A stretch of 64,000 nucleotides of DNA. Source: Bradymonadia bacterium (GTDB lineage Bacteria > Myxococcota_A > Bradymonadia > UBA7976 > UBA1532). The notes beneath the pieces were generated by a model, which did not search any database, was not told where the DNA came from, and saw only the letters and a program-made list of their open reading frames with translations. Positions 47,942 through 56,745 of the stretch are shown piece by piece. The stretch is taken from the NCBI GenBank assembly GCA_046290225.1, contig JBKAGE010000077.1, positions 96,001 through 160,000 of the forward strand, in the 5' to 3' direction. Both the position numbers and the translations under genes were made by a program. Position 1 is the first letter of the stretch. Every line of letters starts with the position of its first letter.

Positions 47942-49300
47942 ATGACCACCCCGACGCTGCTGTTTCCCAATGACTTCCTGTGGGGCGTCGCCACCTCTTC
48001 GTATCAGATCGAAGGGGCCGCCGAGGTCGATGGCCGCGGGGCATCGATTTGGGACACGTTCTGTGCGCAGTCGGGCACCATCGCAGACAGCAGCAATGGC
48101 GCGGTGGCATGTGATCACTATCACCGCTGGCAAGAAGACATCGGCCTGCTGGCCCGGATGGGTGTCCAGGCCTATCGCTTCTCGGTGGCCTGGCCTCGGG
48201 TGATGCCCGAGGGCCGTGGGCGAGTGGAGCAGCGAGGGCTCGACTTCTACAGCCAGCTCGTCGACGCCTTGCTCGAGCAGGGCATCGAGCCCTGGGTCAC
48301 CCTCTATCACTGGGATCTGCCCCAGGCACTGCAAGACACAGGCGGCTGGGTGGCCCGTTCTACGGCAGAGGCCTTCGCCGAATACACCGAGGTGGTGGTG
48401 AAGACCCTCGGTGACCGGGTCAAGGGCTGGATCACCCACAACGAGCCCTGGTGTGCCTCAGTTCTGGGACATCTGAAGGGTCATCACGCCCCTGGGATCA
48501 CCGACCCTTACGCTCATCTGACTTCGAGCCATCACATTCTGCTCAGCCATGGTCTCGCCATGCCGGTGATCCGGCAGCTGGCGCCGGGGGTGCCTGCAGG
48601 CATCACGCTGAACCTCTCCCCCGTGGTGCCGGCATCGCCGAGCGTCGCGGACGCCGAGGCCGCCCAGCACGCGGACGCGATGCTCAACCGCTGGTACCTC
48701 GACCCCATCTCGGGTCGGGGGTACCCCGAGGAGACGCTGCGCCGTTATCGAGACGAAGGCTACGTCGACGACTGGAGCTTCCTGCACGATGGAGATCTGC
48801 AGACGATGGCCGCCACCGTCGACTTCCTGGGCATCAACTATTACTCACGTGAGATCGTGCGCAGCGATCGGGTGCCCGCCTCGGAGAACGCGCCAGTGAC
48901 GGTGCGCAAGCAGGGTGAGCTCACCGATATGGGGTGGGAAATTCACCCCGACGGCATCCGCACATTGCTAGAACGCGTGCACCGCGACTACGCGTTCCCC
49001 ACACTCTACATCACCGAGAACGGCGCCGCGTACGACACAGGCCCTGAGGCCGATGGCCGGGTCCGGGATGTACGCCGACAGGCCTATCTCCACCAACACC
49101 TCGAGGCCTGCCATCGGGCCATGGCCGTCGGGGTGCCACTTCAGGGCTACTTCGCGTGGTCCTTCATCGACAATTTCGAATGGGCGTTCGGCTACGAAAA
49201 GCGCTTCGGCCTCGTGCACGTCGATTACGAGACGCAGAAACGCACCCTCAAGGACAGCGCCCACTGGTACCGGGATGTCATCAAGCAAGGAGGTCTCTGA
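47942..49300 (+). CDS. GH1 beta-glucosidase
   Basis: FLWGVATSSYQIEG, THNEP, YITENG, WSFIDNFEW. Confidence 0.95.
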   Translation: MTTPTLLFPNDFLWGVATSSYQIEGAAEVDGRGASIWDTFCAQSGTIADSSNGAVACDHYHRWQEDIGLLARMGVQAYRFSVAWPRVMPEGRGRVEQRGLDFYSQLVDALLEQGIEPWVTLYHWDLPQALQDTGGWVARSTAEAFAEYTEVVVKTLGDRVKGWITHNEPWCASVLGHLKGHHAPGITDPYAHLTSSHHILLSHGLAMPVIRQLAPGVPAGITLNLSPVVPASPSVADAEAAQHADAMLNRWYLDPISGRGYPEETLRRYRDEGYVDDWSFLHDGDLQTMAATVDFLGINYYSREIVRSDRVPASENAPVTVRKQGELTDMGWEIHPDGIRTLLERVHRDYAFPTLYITENGAAYDTGPEADGRVRDVRRQAYLHQHLEACHRAMAVGVPLQGYFAWSFIDNFEWAFGYEKRFGLVHVDYETQKRTLKDSAHWYRDVIKQGGL

Positions 49301-52300
49301 TGAGAGCCCTACTCGCCCTGCTGGGGGCCGTGGCCCTCACTGGCGTCGCCACAGGCGCCGCTTGGGGCGCACCCAACGACGTCAAGACCGTCAAGGACGA
49401 AGGCGGCTGGCGGCTGATGGTCGACGGCAAGCCGACGATGGTCTTCGGCATGAACTGGGGATACATCCCCATCGGGCAGAACTATTCGTGGGTGCTCTGG
49501 CATCAGCCGGACGACGTCATCGAAGACGCCCTGCGCCGTGAGATGCCCCTGCTGCAAGGCATGGGCGTCAACGCGATCCGACAGTACCCCGACATCCCGT
49601 CGAAGTGGGTCACCTGGATCTACGAGAACTACGGCATCTACACCGTGGTGAACCACACCCTGGGCCGCTACGGCTTCTCGGTGGACGGGGTCTGGGTGCC
49701 CAACACCGACTACTCTGATCCTGCGACCCGCAAGGCCATCATGGCCGACGTCGACGCCATGGTGAGCCGATACAAGGACACCCGCGGTGTGCTGATGTAC
49801 ATGCTGGGCAACGAGAACAACTACGGCCTGGTCTGGACCTCCTTCGAGGCGGAGAACCTGCCCACCGCCGCGGCCAAAGACGAGGCCCGGGCGGAGCCGC
49901 TCTACACCCTCTTTGGCGAGTCGGCTACCCGCATCAAAGCCGTGGACAAGCATCACCCCGTGTCGATGGCCAACGGCGACATGGGCTACGTCGAGCTCAT
50001 CGCCAAGCACTGCAAAGACATCGACGTCTTCGGCTCGAACGTCTACCGCGGCAAGTCGTCGCGCGATCTGTTCGACAAGGTGGACGAGATCCTCGATCGG
50101 CCTTTCATGTACACCGAGTTCGGGTCCGACGCCTTCAACGCCCGTACTGATCAAGAAGACGCCAACGCCCAGGCAGAGTATTTGCGCCTGCAGTGGCAGG
50201 AGATCTACGAGCACGCCCACGGCAAGGGCCGCAGCGGCGTGGCCATCGGCGGCATGATCTTCCAGTGGAGCGACGGCTGGTGGAAGCACAAGCAGGTGGA
50301 GAACCTCGATGTGCACGACAACACCGCCACCTGGGCCACGGGGGCCTACCCCCACGACTTTGTCGAGGGCCAGAACAACATGAACGAGGAGTGGTTCGGC
50401 ATCGCCGCCAAGACCTTCCCCGACGATCGGGGGGTCTTCGATGTGCAACCCCGAACGGCCTACTACCTGCTCAAAGAGGCCTTCAAACTCGACCCGTATG
50501 CCGAAGACACCACCCCGGAGCGCATCAAGGCCCACTTCGGCGCCCTGAAGCCCATCGATTACGAGGCTGATTACAAGGCTGACCGGGCCCTCGCCCTGGC
50601 CAAGGACAACGCCAAGTACCGCATCAGCCGCCTCGAGCTGCGGCTGGAGTCGATCTACTCCGCCGGTGATGACCGCACGGTGCGCGACTCGCGCACCCTC
50701 GTCGATCACACGCAGAGCGCCTTCTTCGACATCACCGCGGAGCCCAACTCCGATGTCCGTGGCCGGGTGTCGTTCAACGTGCTCGGCGACGTGGCCCAGA
50801 ACCGCCTCAACGACATTTTCTACGAGAACCGCGGCCGTGACCTGCGCACAGATCCGGACGCCCTGCCCACCGAGGAGACTCAAGATCTCAGCGGTCTGGA
50901 GCGGGTGGCGATCTATCAGGCAGAGCTCGAGATCAAGCAGGACTACTACAACCTCAAGGGCTATTACCGCGTCGGCCACTTCCACTGGGGCGACGAGGGC
51001 GACTTCTTCGGGCTCTATCCGGAGGCCTACTACGGGCCCTTCCCCGACATCTACAACGCCAACACCCCCATCGGCTTCGAGTTCGAGGGCAAGAAGGTGC
51101 TCGACGGCCTCAAGCTGGCCTTCGGCCCCGAGATGTACTGGGGCGCCAACCCCGGCATCATCGCGAAGTACCACCGCAAGTTCGGCGGCTTCGAGTTCGC
51201 CCTGATGCACCACGAAGATCTGGGCACCAACGCCACGAGCGGCACCTCGAACGTGATCCCCATCCGCCGCAGCCGCCGGTCCTCGCTGACCTTCGGCTAC
51301 AGCGACGGCGGCCTGCGCATCGACGCCGGCGTGCTGGCCTCGGGCAGCGATCGCATCGGGGAGCAGTTCTTCTGGACCGAAGAGGTGAGCGGCCGCGGCT
51401 ACCGCGACACCGGCCTCGCCCTCTACGACGACGAGATCACCTTCCTCGACACCCTCGGTGGCAAGGCTCGCGTCACCTACCTCGGCGGCTGGTGGCAGGC
51501 CTACGTGCACGGGGTCTTCAAGGGCCTCGTCTCCGCGGCAGGCGCAGATCCGCGTCAGCGCTTCACGGGCTGGAGCCTGAACGAGAGCGGAAACGGCAAC
51601 CAGATCGGCGGCCTCGCCGGGGTGGCTATGACCTTCGGCTCGTTCCAGATCGCCCCTCACATGCTCTGGCAGAAGCCCCTCGTGGGGCCCATCGATCCCA
51701 CGGGTGACTTCTACAGCGCCAACAGCGGCATCTACTACCCGGGCATGCGGGCGCGAAACCAGCTCGACGACGCCTTCGCGGTCCTCGACAACCGGGAGAC
51801 CCTCGGCGTCGAGCTGCTGTTGGTGTGGGATCCGACCCCCGGCACCTGGTTCTGGCAGTTCGACAACCCGATCCGCGAGGACGCGCCCTTCGCTGCAGCC
51901 CTCGACCTGGTCTATCGCCACCAGCCCACCACCCGCGACGCCCGCTTCGGGGTGAACGAAGACGGCCTGTTCTTCGCGTTCCCCGGGGCACCCGAAGCCG
52001 AGGATGTCTGGGACGTCACCGGCCGCTGGGTGGCCAACCCCGGCGGCGGTGTCCGCCTCATCGGCAACGTGTTCGGTGGCAAGGGGCAGTCCCGCGGCGT
52101 CGACGAGCGCCTCATCTTCCGCTACGGCGCCGACGTCAGGCTGATCCGCCTGCCCTTCGACGTGATGCTCTCTGCAGCCATCGACGACTGGGGCCCGTAC
52201 GACTTCCACAAAGACTTCAACCAGACCTTCCCTTTCCAGGGGAACGCCGACTTCGCCTATGTCATGGGGATGAAAGACCTCCAGATCTCTCGCGTCAAAT

Positions 52301-52425
52301 TCGGCCTCCGTGGCATCTTCAGAACACTGGACGAGAACTCTGGTGAGTATGTCGTCGACCCCAACAACCCCGGCGCCCTCGGCCAGGAGTGGGAAGTTGG
52401 CTCTTACATCCACCTGAACCTGTGA
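49300..52425 (+). CDS. Clan GH-A (GH2-like) TIM-barrel glycosidase fused to a probable outer-membrane beta-barrel
   Basis: Signal peptide; GVNAIRQY, LGNENN, YTEFG, EEWFG; about 600-aa aromatic, beta-strand-rich C-terminal half. Confidence 0.75.
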   Translation: MRALLALLGAVALTGVATGAAWGAPNDVKTVKDEGGWRLMVDGKPTMVFGMNWGYIPIGQNYSWVLWHQPDDVIEDALRREMPLLQGMGVNAIRQYPDIPSKWVTWIYENYGIYTVVNHTLGRYGFSVDGVWVPNTDYSDPATRKAIMADVDAMVSRYKDTRGVLMYMLGNENNYGLVWTSFEAENLPTAAAKDEARAEPLYTLFGESATRIKAVDKHHPVSMANGDMGYVELIAKHCKDIDVFGSNVYRGKSSRDLFDKVDEILDRPFMYTEFGSDAFNARTDQEDANAQAEYLRLQWQEIYEHAHGKGRSGVAIGGMIFQWSDGWWKHKQVENLDVHDNTATWATGAYPHDFVEGQNNMNEEWFGIAAKTFPDDRGVFDVQPRTAYYLLKEAFKLDPYAEDTTPERIKAHFGALKPIDYEADYKADRALALAKDNAKYRISRLELRLESIYSAGDDRTVRDSRTLVDHTQSAFFDITAEPNSDVRGRVSFNVLGDVAQNRLNDIFYENRGRDLRTDPDALPTEETQDLSGLERVAIYQAELEIKQDYYNLKGYYRVGHFHWGDEGDFFGLYPEAYYGPFPDIYNANTPIGFEFEGKKVLDGLKLAFGPEMYWGANPGIIAKYHRKFGGFEFALMHHEDLGTNATSGTSNVIPIRRSRRSSLTFGYSDGGLRIDAGVLASGSDRIGEQFFWTEEVSGRGYRDTGLALYDDEITFLDTLGGKARVTYLGGWWQAYVHGVFKGLVSAAGADPRQRFTGWSLNESGNGNQIGGLAGVAMTFGSFQIAPHMLWQKPLVGPIDPTGDFYSANSGIYYPGMRARNQLDDAFAVLDNRETLGVELLLVWDPTPGTWFWQFDNPIREDAPFAAALDLVYRHQPTTRDARFGVNEDGLFFAFPGAPEAEDVWDVTGRWVANPGGGVRLIGNVFGGKGQSRGVDERLIFRYGADVRLIRLPFDVMLSAAIDDWGPYDFHKDFNQTFPFQGNADFAYVMGMKDLQISRVKFGLRGIFRTLDENSGEYVVDPNNPGALGQEWEVGSYIHLNL

Positions 52426-52433
52426 GGCCCACC

Positions 52434-53036
52434 ATGCGACACAACTCTTTGGCAGTATGTGCCATCGTTGCCCTCTCGGGGGCGCTCTTGGGTGGCTGTG
52501 TAGACGCCCCGGATTACTTCTACGCCGAGAAGGTCACAGATCAGCAGTTCGTGCCCCTGAACACGACGGTGGGTGTGTACCCGGACGACACGGTGGTCAT
52601 CGACCCCAACAATCCCTTCCGGAACTATGGCATCGGCGCCGAGACCAAATGGGACATCGAGGGCGATGGTGATCCGGTGGCGGGCTTCTATAGCTGGGCC
52701 ACGCTGCTGACGCAGATCCCCACGGGGGAGCATCAGTACTACGCTGCGCTGAACATGAAGGCCATCTACGAGTCGGGGCAGACCGCCGACGAGCACATCG
52801 AGGCCACACGAGAGCTCGCCATCGCCGGGTTCCGCTCGTTGCTGGAGAACTTCCCCGAGTCGGTGACCTTCGATCCGACGGGTACCCAGGCCTTCCCCCT
52901 CTCCACACCGGCGCTGCAAGCGCTCATCGACCTGGACTCTTCTGCGCCGGGCTGGGCCCTGGTCACGACCCCCGAGGGTTTCCCAGTGGCGGTGAAGGTG
53001 GCCGACGTGCCCCCGCCCGCCGAGGAGGACGAATGA
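52434..53036 (+). CDS. Lipoprotein in glucan locus
   Basis: Lipobox LGGC; operonic position. Confidence 0.75.
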   Translation: MRHNSLAVCAIVALSGALLGGCVDAPDYFYAEKVTDQQFVPLNTTVGVYPDDTVVIDPNNPFRNYGIGAETKWDIEGDGDPVAGFYSWATLLTQIPTGEHQYYAALNMKAIYESGQTADEHIEATRELAIAGFRSLLENFPESVTFDPTGTQAFPLSTPALQALIDLDSSAPGWALVTTPEGFPVAVKVADVPPPAEEDE

Positions 53037-53704
53037 TGCGGTCTCTCTACCGAGCGCTCTGTTGCGCCACGGCGATGCTGGCCCTCACCGCCTGCCGCGG
53101 TGACTCGGGGCCCGATGACTACGCCAGCCAGGAGATCATCCCCGACGCTTTCCTGCCCATCGACGCCAGCATCGTCGAGGGCGAGGAGCGCCTGAACATG
53201 GGGCTGTTCTACGAGGGTCCTGCCATGGACCAGGCGGTGATCGACGGCACAAACAACTTCTTCTATGTGTACGAGAGCACTTTCTCGCTCGTGCCCGAGG
53301 CCCGCGATCGCGTCGAAGGCAGCGCCAGCGATCGCCTCAACCACGGCGGCGGTCCCTGGTGGGGCGGCGGCATCCACTGGGAGAACGCCCCCCGGGACAT
53401 CACCCGCTACACCAACCTGCACATCAGCTTGAAGTCGAACTTCGCGAGCTACGCGGGTTTGCGCATGGCCATGCAGGACACCGCCGGCGGCCGGGCCCTC
53501 GTCACCTTCTCTGATTACGGCTTCGCCGCGGACGGTGAGTGGCACTCGATGGTGATCCCCCTGCAGGACTTCGCCGACGCCGGGGTCGATCTGACCACGG
53601 TGGAGATCGCCATCGCCTTCGACGGCGACGCAGGCGAGCGCGGCGAGAGCGTGCTCGTCGACGGTCTGTTCCTCAGCGCCCCCTCAGCGAGCGACGCCAA
53701 CTGA
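53033..53704 (+). CDS. Lipoprotein with probable carbohydrate-binding beta-sandwich
   Basis: Lipobox LTAC; WWGGGI, DGEWHSMVIPLQDF...GVDLTTV. Confidence 0.7.
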   Translation: MMRSLYRALCCATAMLALTACRGDSGPDDYASQEIIPDAFLPIDASIVEGEERLNMGLFYEGPAMDQAVIDGTNNFFYVYESTFSLVPEARDRVEGSASDRLNHGGGPWWGGGIHWENAPRDITRYTNLHISLKSNFASYAGLRMAMQDTAGGRALVTFSDYGFAADGEWHSMVIPLQDFADAGVDLTTVEIAIAFDGDAGERGESVLVDGLFLSAPSASDAN

Positions 53705-53767
53705 TCGCGCCAACGTGCCTGCTCACGATGGATGCCTCCCCCCTGTCTCTGCCTGCCTTCATTGCCT

Positions 53768-53783
53768 GCAATGTCTGCATTGC
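53768..53783. promoter_or_regulatory. Inverted repeat, candidate antitoxin operator
   Basis: GCAATG-N4-CATTGC within a cluster of TGC repeats about 40 bp before the RHH gene. Confidence 0.45.
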
Positions 53784-53822
53784 CTACACTGATGCAATTG
53801 TCACTCATCGACAGGTGGTTTC

Positions 53823-54104
53823 ATGACACAGCTCACGATCCACAAACTGGATGATGCCCTCGTACGCGCTCTCAGAGTCCGTGCGGCAGAGCGGGGCCAC
53901 TCCATAGAAGCTGAGGTTCGCGCCATCCTGCATGAAGTCCTCATGTCACGCCCCGACGAGCGCGCCTTAGTCGATCACATTCTCGCGATGCCTACTGATG
54001 CCACCGAGGAAGATCCATTCCCCAGGCTGAACGACGTATGCGACGTGATTCGCACCCGCACACGCATCGTGAATCCATTTGAATCAACAACTGAGCCGCA
54101 ATGA
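53823..54104 (+). CDS. FitA/StbC-like ribbon-helix-helix antitoxin fused to a PIN-toxin tail remnant
   Basis: MTQLTIHKLDDALVRALRVRAAERGHSIEAEVRAIL; tail RTRTRIVNPFE. Confidence 0.8.
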   Translation: MTQLTIHKLDDALVRALRVRAAERGHSIEAEVRAILHEVLMSRPDERALVDHILAMPTDATEEDPFPRLNDVCDVIRTRTRIVNPFESTTEPQ

Positions 54105-54718
54105 CAACACCACTGCGGACCCGCCGTGTCCATGCCCTGAACACCCTGAAATGGCTGGCGCCTTTCCTGTTCATCCTGATGGGTCACGGCAGCTGCGGTC
54201 CCCGAGGGCCAGAGGCGGCGTTGGCCACGTTGATGAGCGTGCCAGCGGTGTTGCTGGTGGGCTGTCTACTCCTCTTCAGCCTCGAAGCGCCCTGGGCACG
54301 CATCTCACCCCCCCGTACGGTGAAGACCTCCCCCTGGCGCAGATGGCAGTGGCTGCTCGGCGGCAGCCTGCTCTTCTCTCTGATCTGCCTGTTCGTGCCT
54401 CTGGGCCGGGAAGCCGTGGAGTGGTCGCTCTTCGCGGTGCCGGTCTTTGGTGGCTCCTGGCTGACCTTCATGCTGATCGCGTGGCGTTATCTACGCCACA
54501 TCGATCCCACAGGTGCACGGGCAGTGCGTGCGTCACCGGTCATCGCGCTGGGCATCACGCTGTGGCCGGTGATCCCGCTTTTTGCATCTTCGGGTGAAGC
54601 CCCCGGCGAGCTGCTGGCCTTCTGGTTCTACACCGGCGTGCTCGGCGCAGTGGGTGGGGTGATCTGGCTACTGCTCATGGCCGAAGCGTGGTGGCGCGCG
54701 CTGCACACGGACAGGTAG
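54101..54718 (+). CDS. Hypothetical membrane protein
   Basis: About six hydrophobic segments; ATGA overlap. Confidence 0.65.
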   Translation: MTTPLRTRRVHALNTLKWLAPFLFILMGHGSCGPRGPEAALATLMSVPAVLLVGCLLLFSLEAPWARISPPRTVKTSPWRRWQWLLGGSLLFSLICLFVPLGREAVEWSLFAVPVFGGSWLTFMLIAWRYLRHIDPTGARAVRASPVIALGITLWPVIPLFASSGEAPGELLAFWFYTGVLGAVGGVIWLLLMAEAWWRALHTDR

Positions 54719-54838
54719 TTTGGCCTCACCCGGCCGCTCAACCTCGGACAAAAACTCGTCGAAAGATCTCAGCATCGGGAACGTGTTCCCCTGGAAGGCG
54801 TCAAACCAGTACGCTGACCCTGCACTGCCGAGGAGACC

Positions 54839-56179
54839 GTGATGTCCCTGCTCTCGACCACTCTGCGCCCCATGGCCCGCTTCGGCCTCCCTGCGATCCT
54901 GGGCTTCGCGGGTCTCGCCGGCTGCGGCGCTCGCCCTGCACCTCAGCAGGAGACCCCCAAACAAGTGGTGGAGATGGACTCGATGGTCATCGAGTACCAG
55001 GGAGAGCAGGACGGCAAGTCGGTGACTGTGGCCTTCGACGATGCGGCGCTCTTCACCGAAGCCAAGGGCTACTTCGACGGTCAGAAGTTCGAAGAGGCCC
55101 AAGCAAGCTACGGCAAGCTGCTCAAGTATTTTCCCAAGAGCAGCTATGTGCACGCCGCGCTCTACAACCGGGGGCTGTGTTTCGAGCACTTGAAGCAGTA
55201 CGGCGAGGCTGCCAACCACTTCCGCCGGTACATTCAGCTGTCGAAGAGCCTCGAAGACCAGCGCGACGGTGAGTTCCGCTGGGGCTACAACCTGATCAAG
55301 ACCGAGGACTGGCCCACGGCCCTCGATCTCTACAATCGGCTGCTCAAAGATCCTCAGGGCCTCGGGGAGGCCGATCTCGCCGAGGCATATCTGCGCCGGG
55401 CCACGGCCCTCACGGCCATGGATCAGTTCGGCGAGTCAGAACGGGATCTCAAGAAGTCGATGCGCCTCATCGAGAAGGCCTACAGCGGGGTCACCGAAGG
55501 CAACCCGCTCTATGCCGAGGCCCACTTCCGCCGGGGCCAGATCTACGAGACGCTGTTCCGCAAAGTGCAGCTCAAGCTGCCCGCAGAGCAGATGAAGGTC
55601 GATCTACAGGACAAGGTGCGTTTCTTCAGGCAGTCGCAGTCGAGCTATCTCGACGCCCTCAACGTACGCGAGCCCTTCTGGGCCACGGCGGCAGGCTTCA
55701 AGCTCGGCGAGCTGTACGAGGTGTTCTACATGCACATCTTGCAGTCCGAGGTGCCCGACGAGTTCGATGACGAGACCCGACGCTTCTACTTCGTCGAGCT
55801 CAAGCGCAAGCTGCGCCCCCTCATGGAGCAGGCGCTGACGATCTACGAGAAGAACATCAGCATGAGCCAGCGGGTGGGCACGGAGAACGAGTGGGTGAGC
55901 GAGACCGACGCCCGCATGGCCCGGCTGCGCGATCTCCTGGAGGCGAGTCTCAAGGAAGAGAAGGCCATGGAAGAAGAGGAGCGGGCCTACGAAGAGGCCC
56001 AGAAAGCCCGGAAGTCGAAGAAGGGCAAGGGCAAGCCTCAGGCTTCCCGGGTCGACCTGAACGCCGCGCCGGTTGCGAGCCGTGGTTTGACGCCCCGAGA
56101 CATGCTGTCGCCGCGTCGGGCAGTGGCCCACCAACCTGCAGGCCGCCCGGGGAGTATCTCAAGTCGCGCAGGGGAGTAA
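54839..56179 (+). CDS. TPR-repeat lipoprotein
   Basis: Lipobox LAGC; ALYNRGLCFE and further TPR-like repeats. Confidence 0.8.
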   Translation: MMSLLSTTLRPMARFGLPAILGFAGLAGCGARPAPQQETPKQVVEMDSMVIEYQGEQDGKSVTVAFDDAALFTEAKGYFDGQKFEEAQASYGKLLKYFPKSSYVHAALYNRGLCFEHLKQYGEAANHFRRYIQLSKSLEDQRDGEFRWGYNLIKTEDWPTALDLYNRLLKDPQGLGEADLAEAYLRRATALTAMDQFGESERDLKKSMRLIEKAYSGVTEGNPLYAEAHFRRGQIYETLFRKVQLKLPAEQMKVDLQDKVRFFRQSQSSYLDALNVREPFWATAAGFKLGELYEVFYMHILQSEVPDEFDDETRRFYFVELKRKLRPLMEQALTIYEKNISMSQRVGTENEWVSETDARMARLRDLLEASLKEEKAMEEEERAYEEAQKARKSKKGKGKPQASRVDLNAAPVASRGLTPRDMLSPRRAVAHQPAGRPGSISSRAGE

Positions 56180-56232
56180 GAGGTCAGAACACAACGGCGG
56201 ACCTCTAATTCGAACTTTTTTGCACCGACGGC

Positions 56233-56260
56233 TTGACTCTCATCTATCAACCACTACACT
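56233..56260 (+). promoter_or_regulatory. sigma70-type promoter
   Basis: TTGACT-N16-TACACT. Confidence 0.65.
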
Positions 56261-56300
56261 CACAATCACTCAACAGAAGAACACCACGGAGCCTTTCGAG

Positions 56301-56381
56301 ATGACAGCACTCTTCCACACTGATGATCATGGTCGATGGTGGCCCATGACCCGGAGTGGGGGTGCTTTCTCGACGTGTTGA
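56301..56381 (+). CDS. Putative Trp leader peptide MTALFHTDDHGRWWPMTRSGGAFSTC
   Basis: GGAG at 56288-56291; tandem TGG TGG at 56337-56342; overlaps an antiterminator hairpin; below the ORF-track cut-off. Confidence 0.75.
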   Translation: MTALFHTDDHGRWWPMTRSGGAFSTC

Positions 56382-56405
56382 GCTGACTGGCTCCACGCTT
56401 CGTCC

Positions 56406-56444
56406 AAGCCCCCTCTGGCCATGTGCTCGAGGGGGTTTTCTTTT
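56406..56444 (+). terminator. Intrinsic terminator (attenuator) upstream of the tRNA
   Basis: AAGCCCCCTC-N13-GAGGGGGTTT 10-bp stem running into TTTTCTTTT. Confidence 0.85.
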
Positions 56445-56518
56445 GCCTTTCAAGCCCTTGACCACACGCCCCCACCGCTCCGGGTCGCCCCCATGCCTCC
56501 ACAATCAGGTGTCGTTAT

Positions 56519-56589
56519 AGGCCGGGCGCTGGGCGCAGGTAGGACTCCAAATCCAACCATGGAGGGTTCGATCCCCTCCCGGCCTGCCA
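56519..56589 (+). tRNA. tRNA-Trp (CCA), non-canonical with shortened D-arm, 71 nt
   Basis: Acceptor AGGCCGG/CCGGCCT, discriminator G, encoded CCA; anticodon loop CTCCAAA; T-arm GAGGG-TTCGATC-CCCTC. Confidence 0.88.
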
Positions 56590-56745
56590 TCACTCATATT
56601 GATACATGCGCGCGACCCAAACATGTATTAAACGCAACACTTGCACCACACCACAAGTGTATCAAAACTGAGTACCCTCCACAGGGTTGACGTACGTACA
56701 CATCCGGACCCAACCTGCACCTCCCACGGATGCAGTGAGAGGCAC

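Noticed and set aside
56380..56450. T-box riboswitch as the tRNA-sensing mechanism
   Set aside because: No T-box UGGNACC bulge consensus or Stem I is apparent; the leader-peptide model fits better.
56519..56589. tRNA as the integration site of an island
   Set aside because: No duplicated tRNA 3' end or integrase seen in the window.
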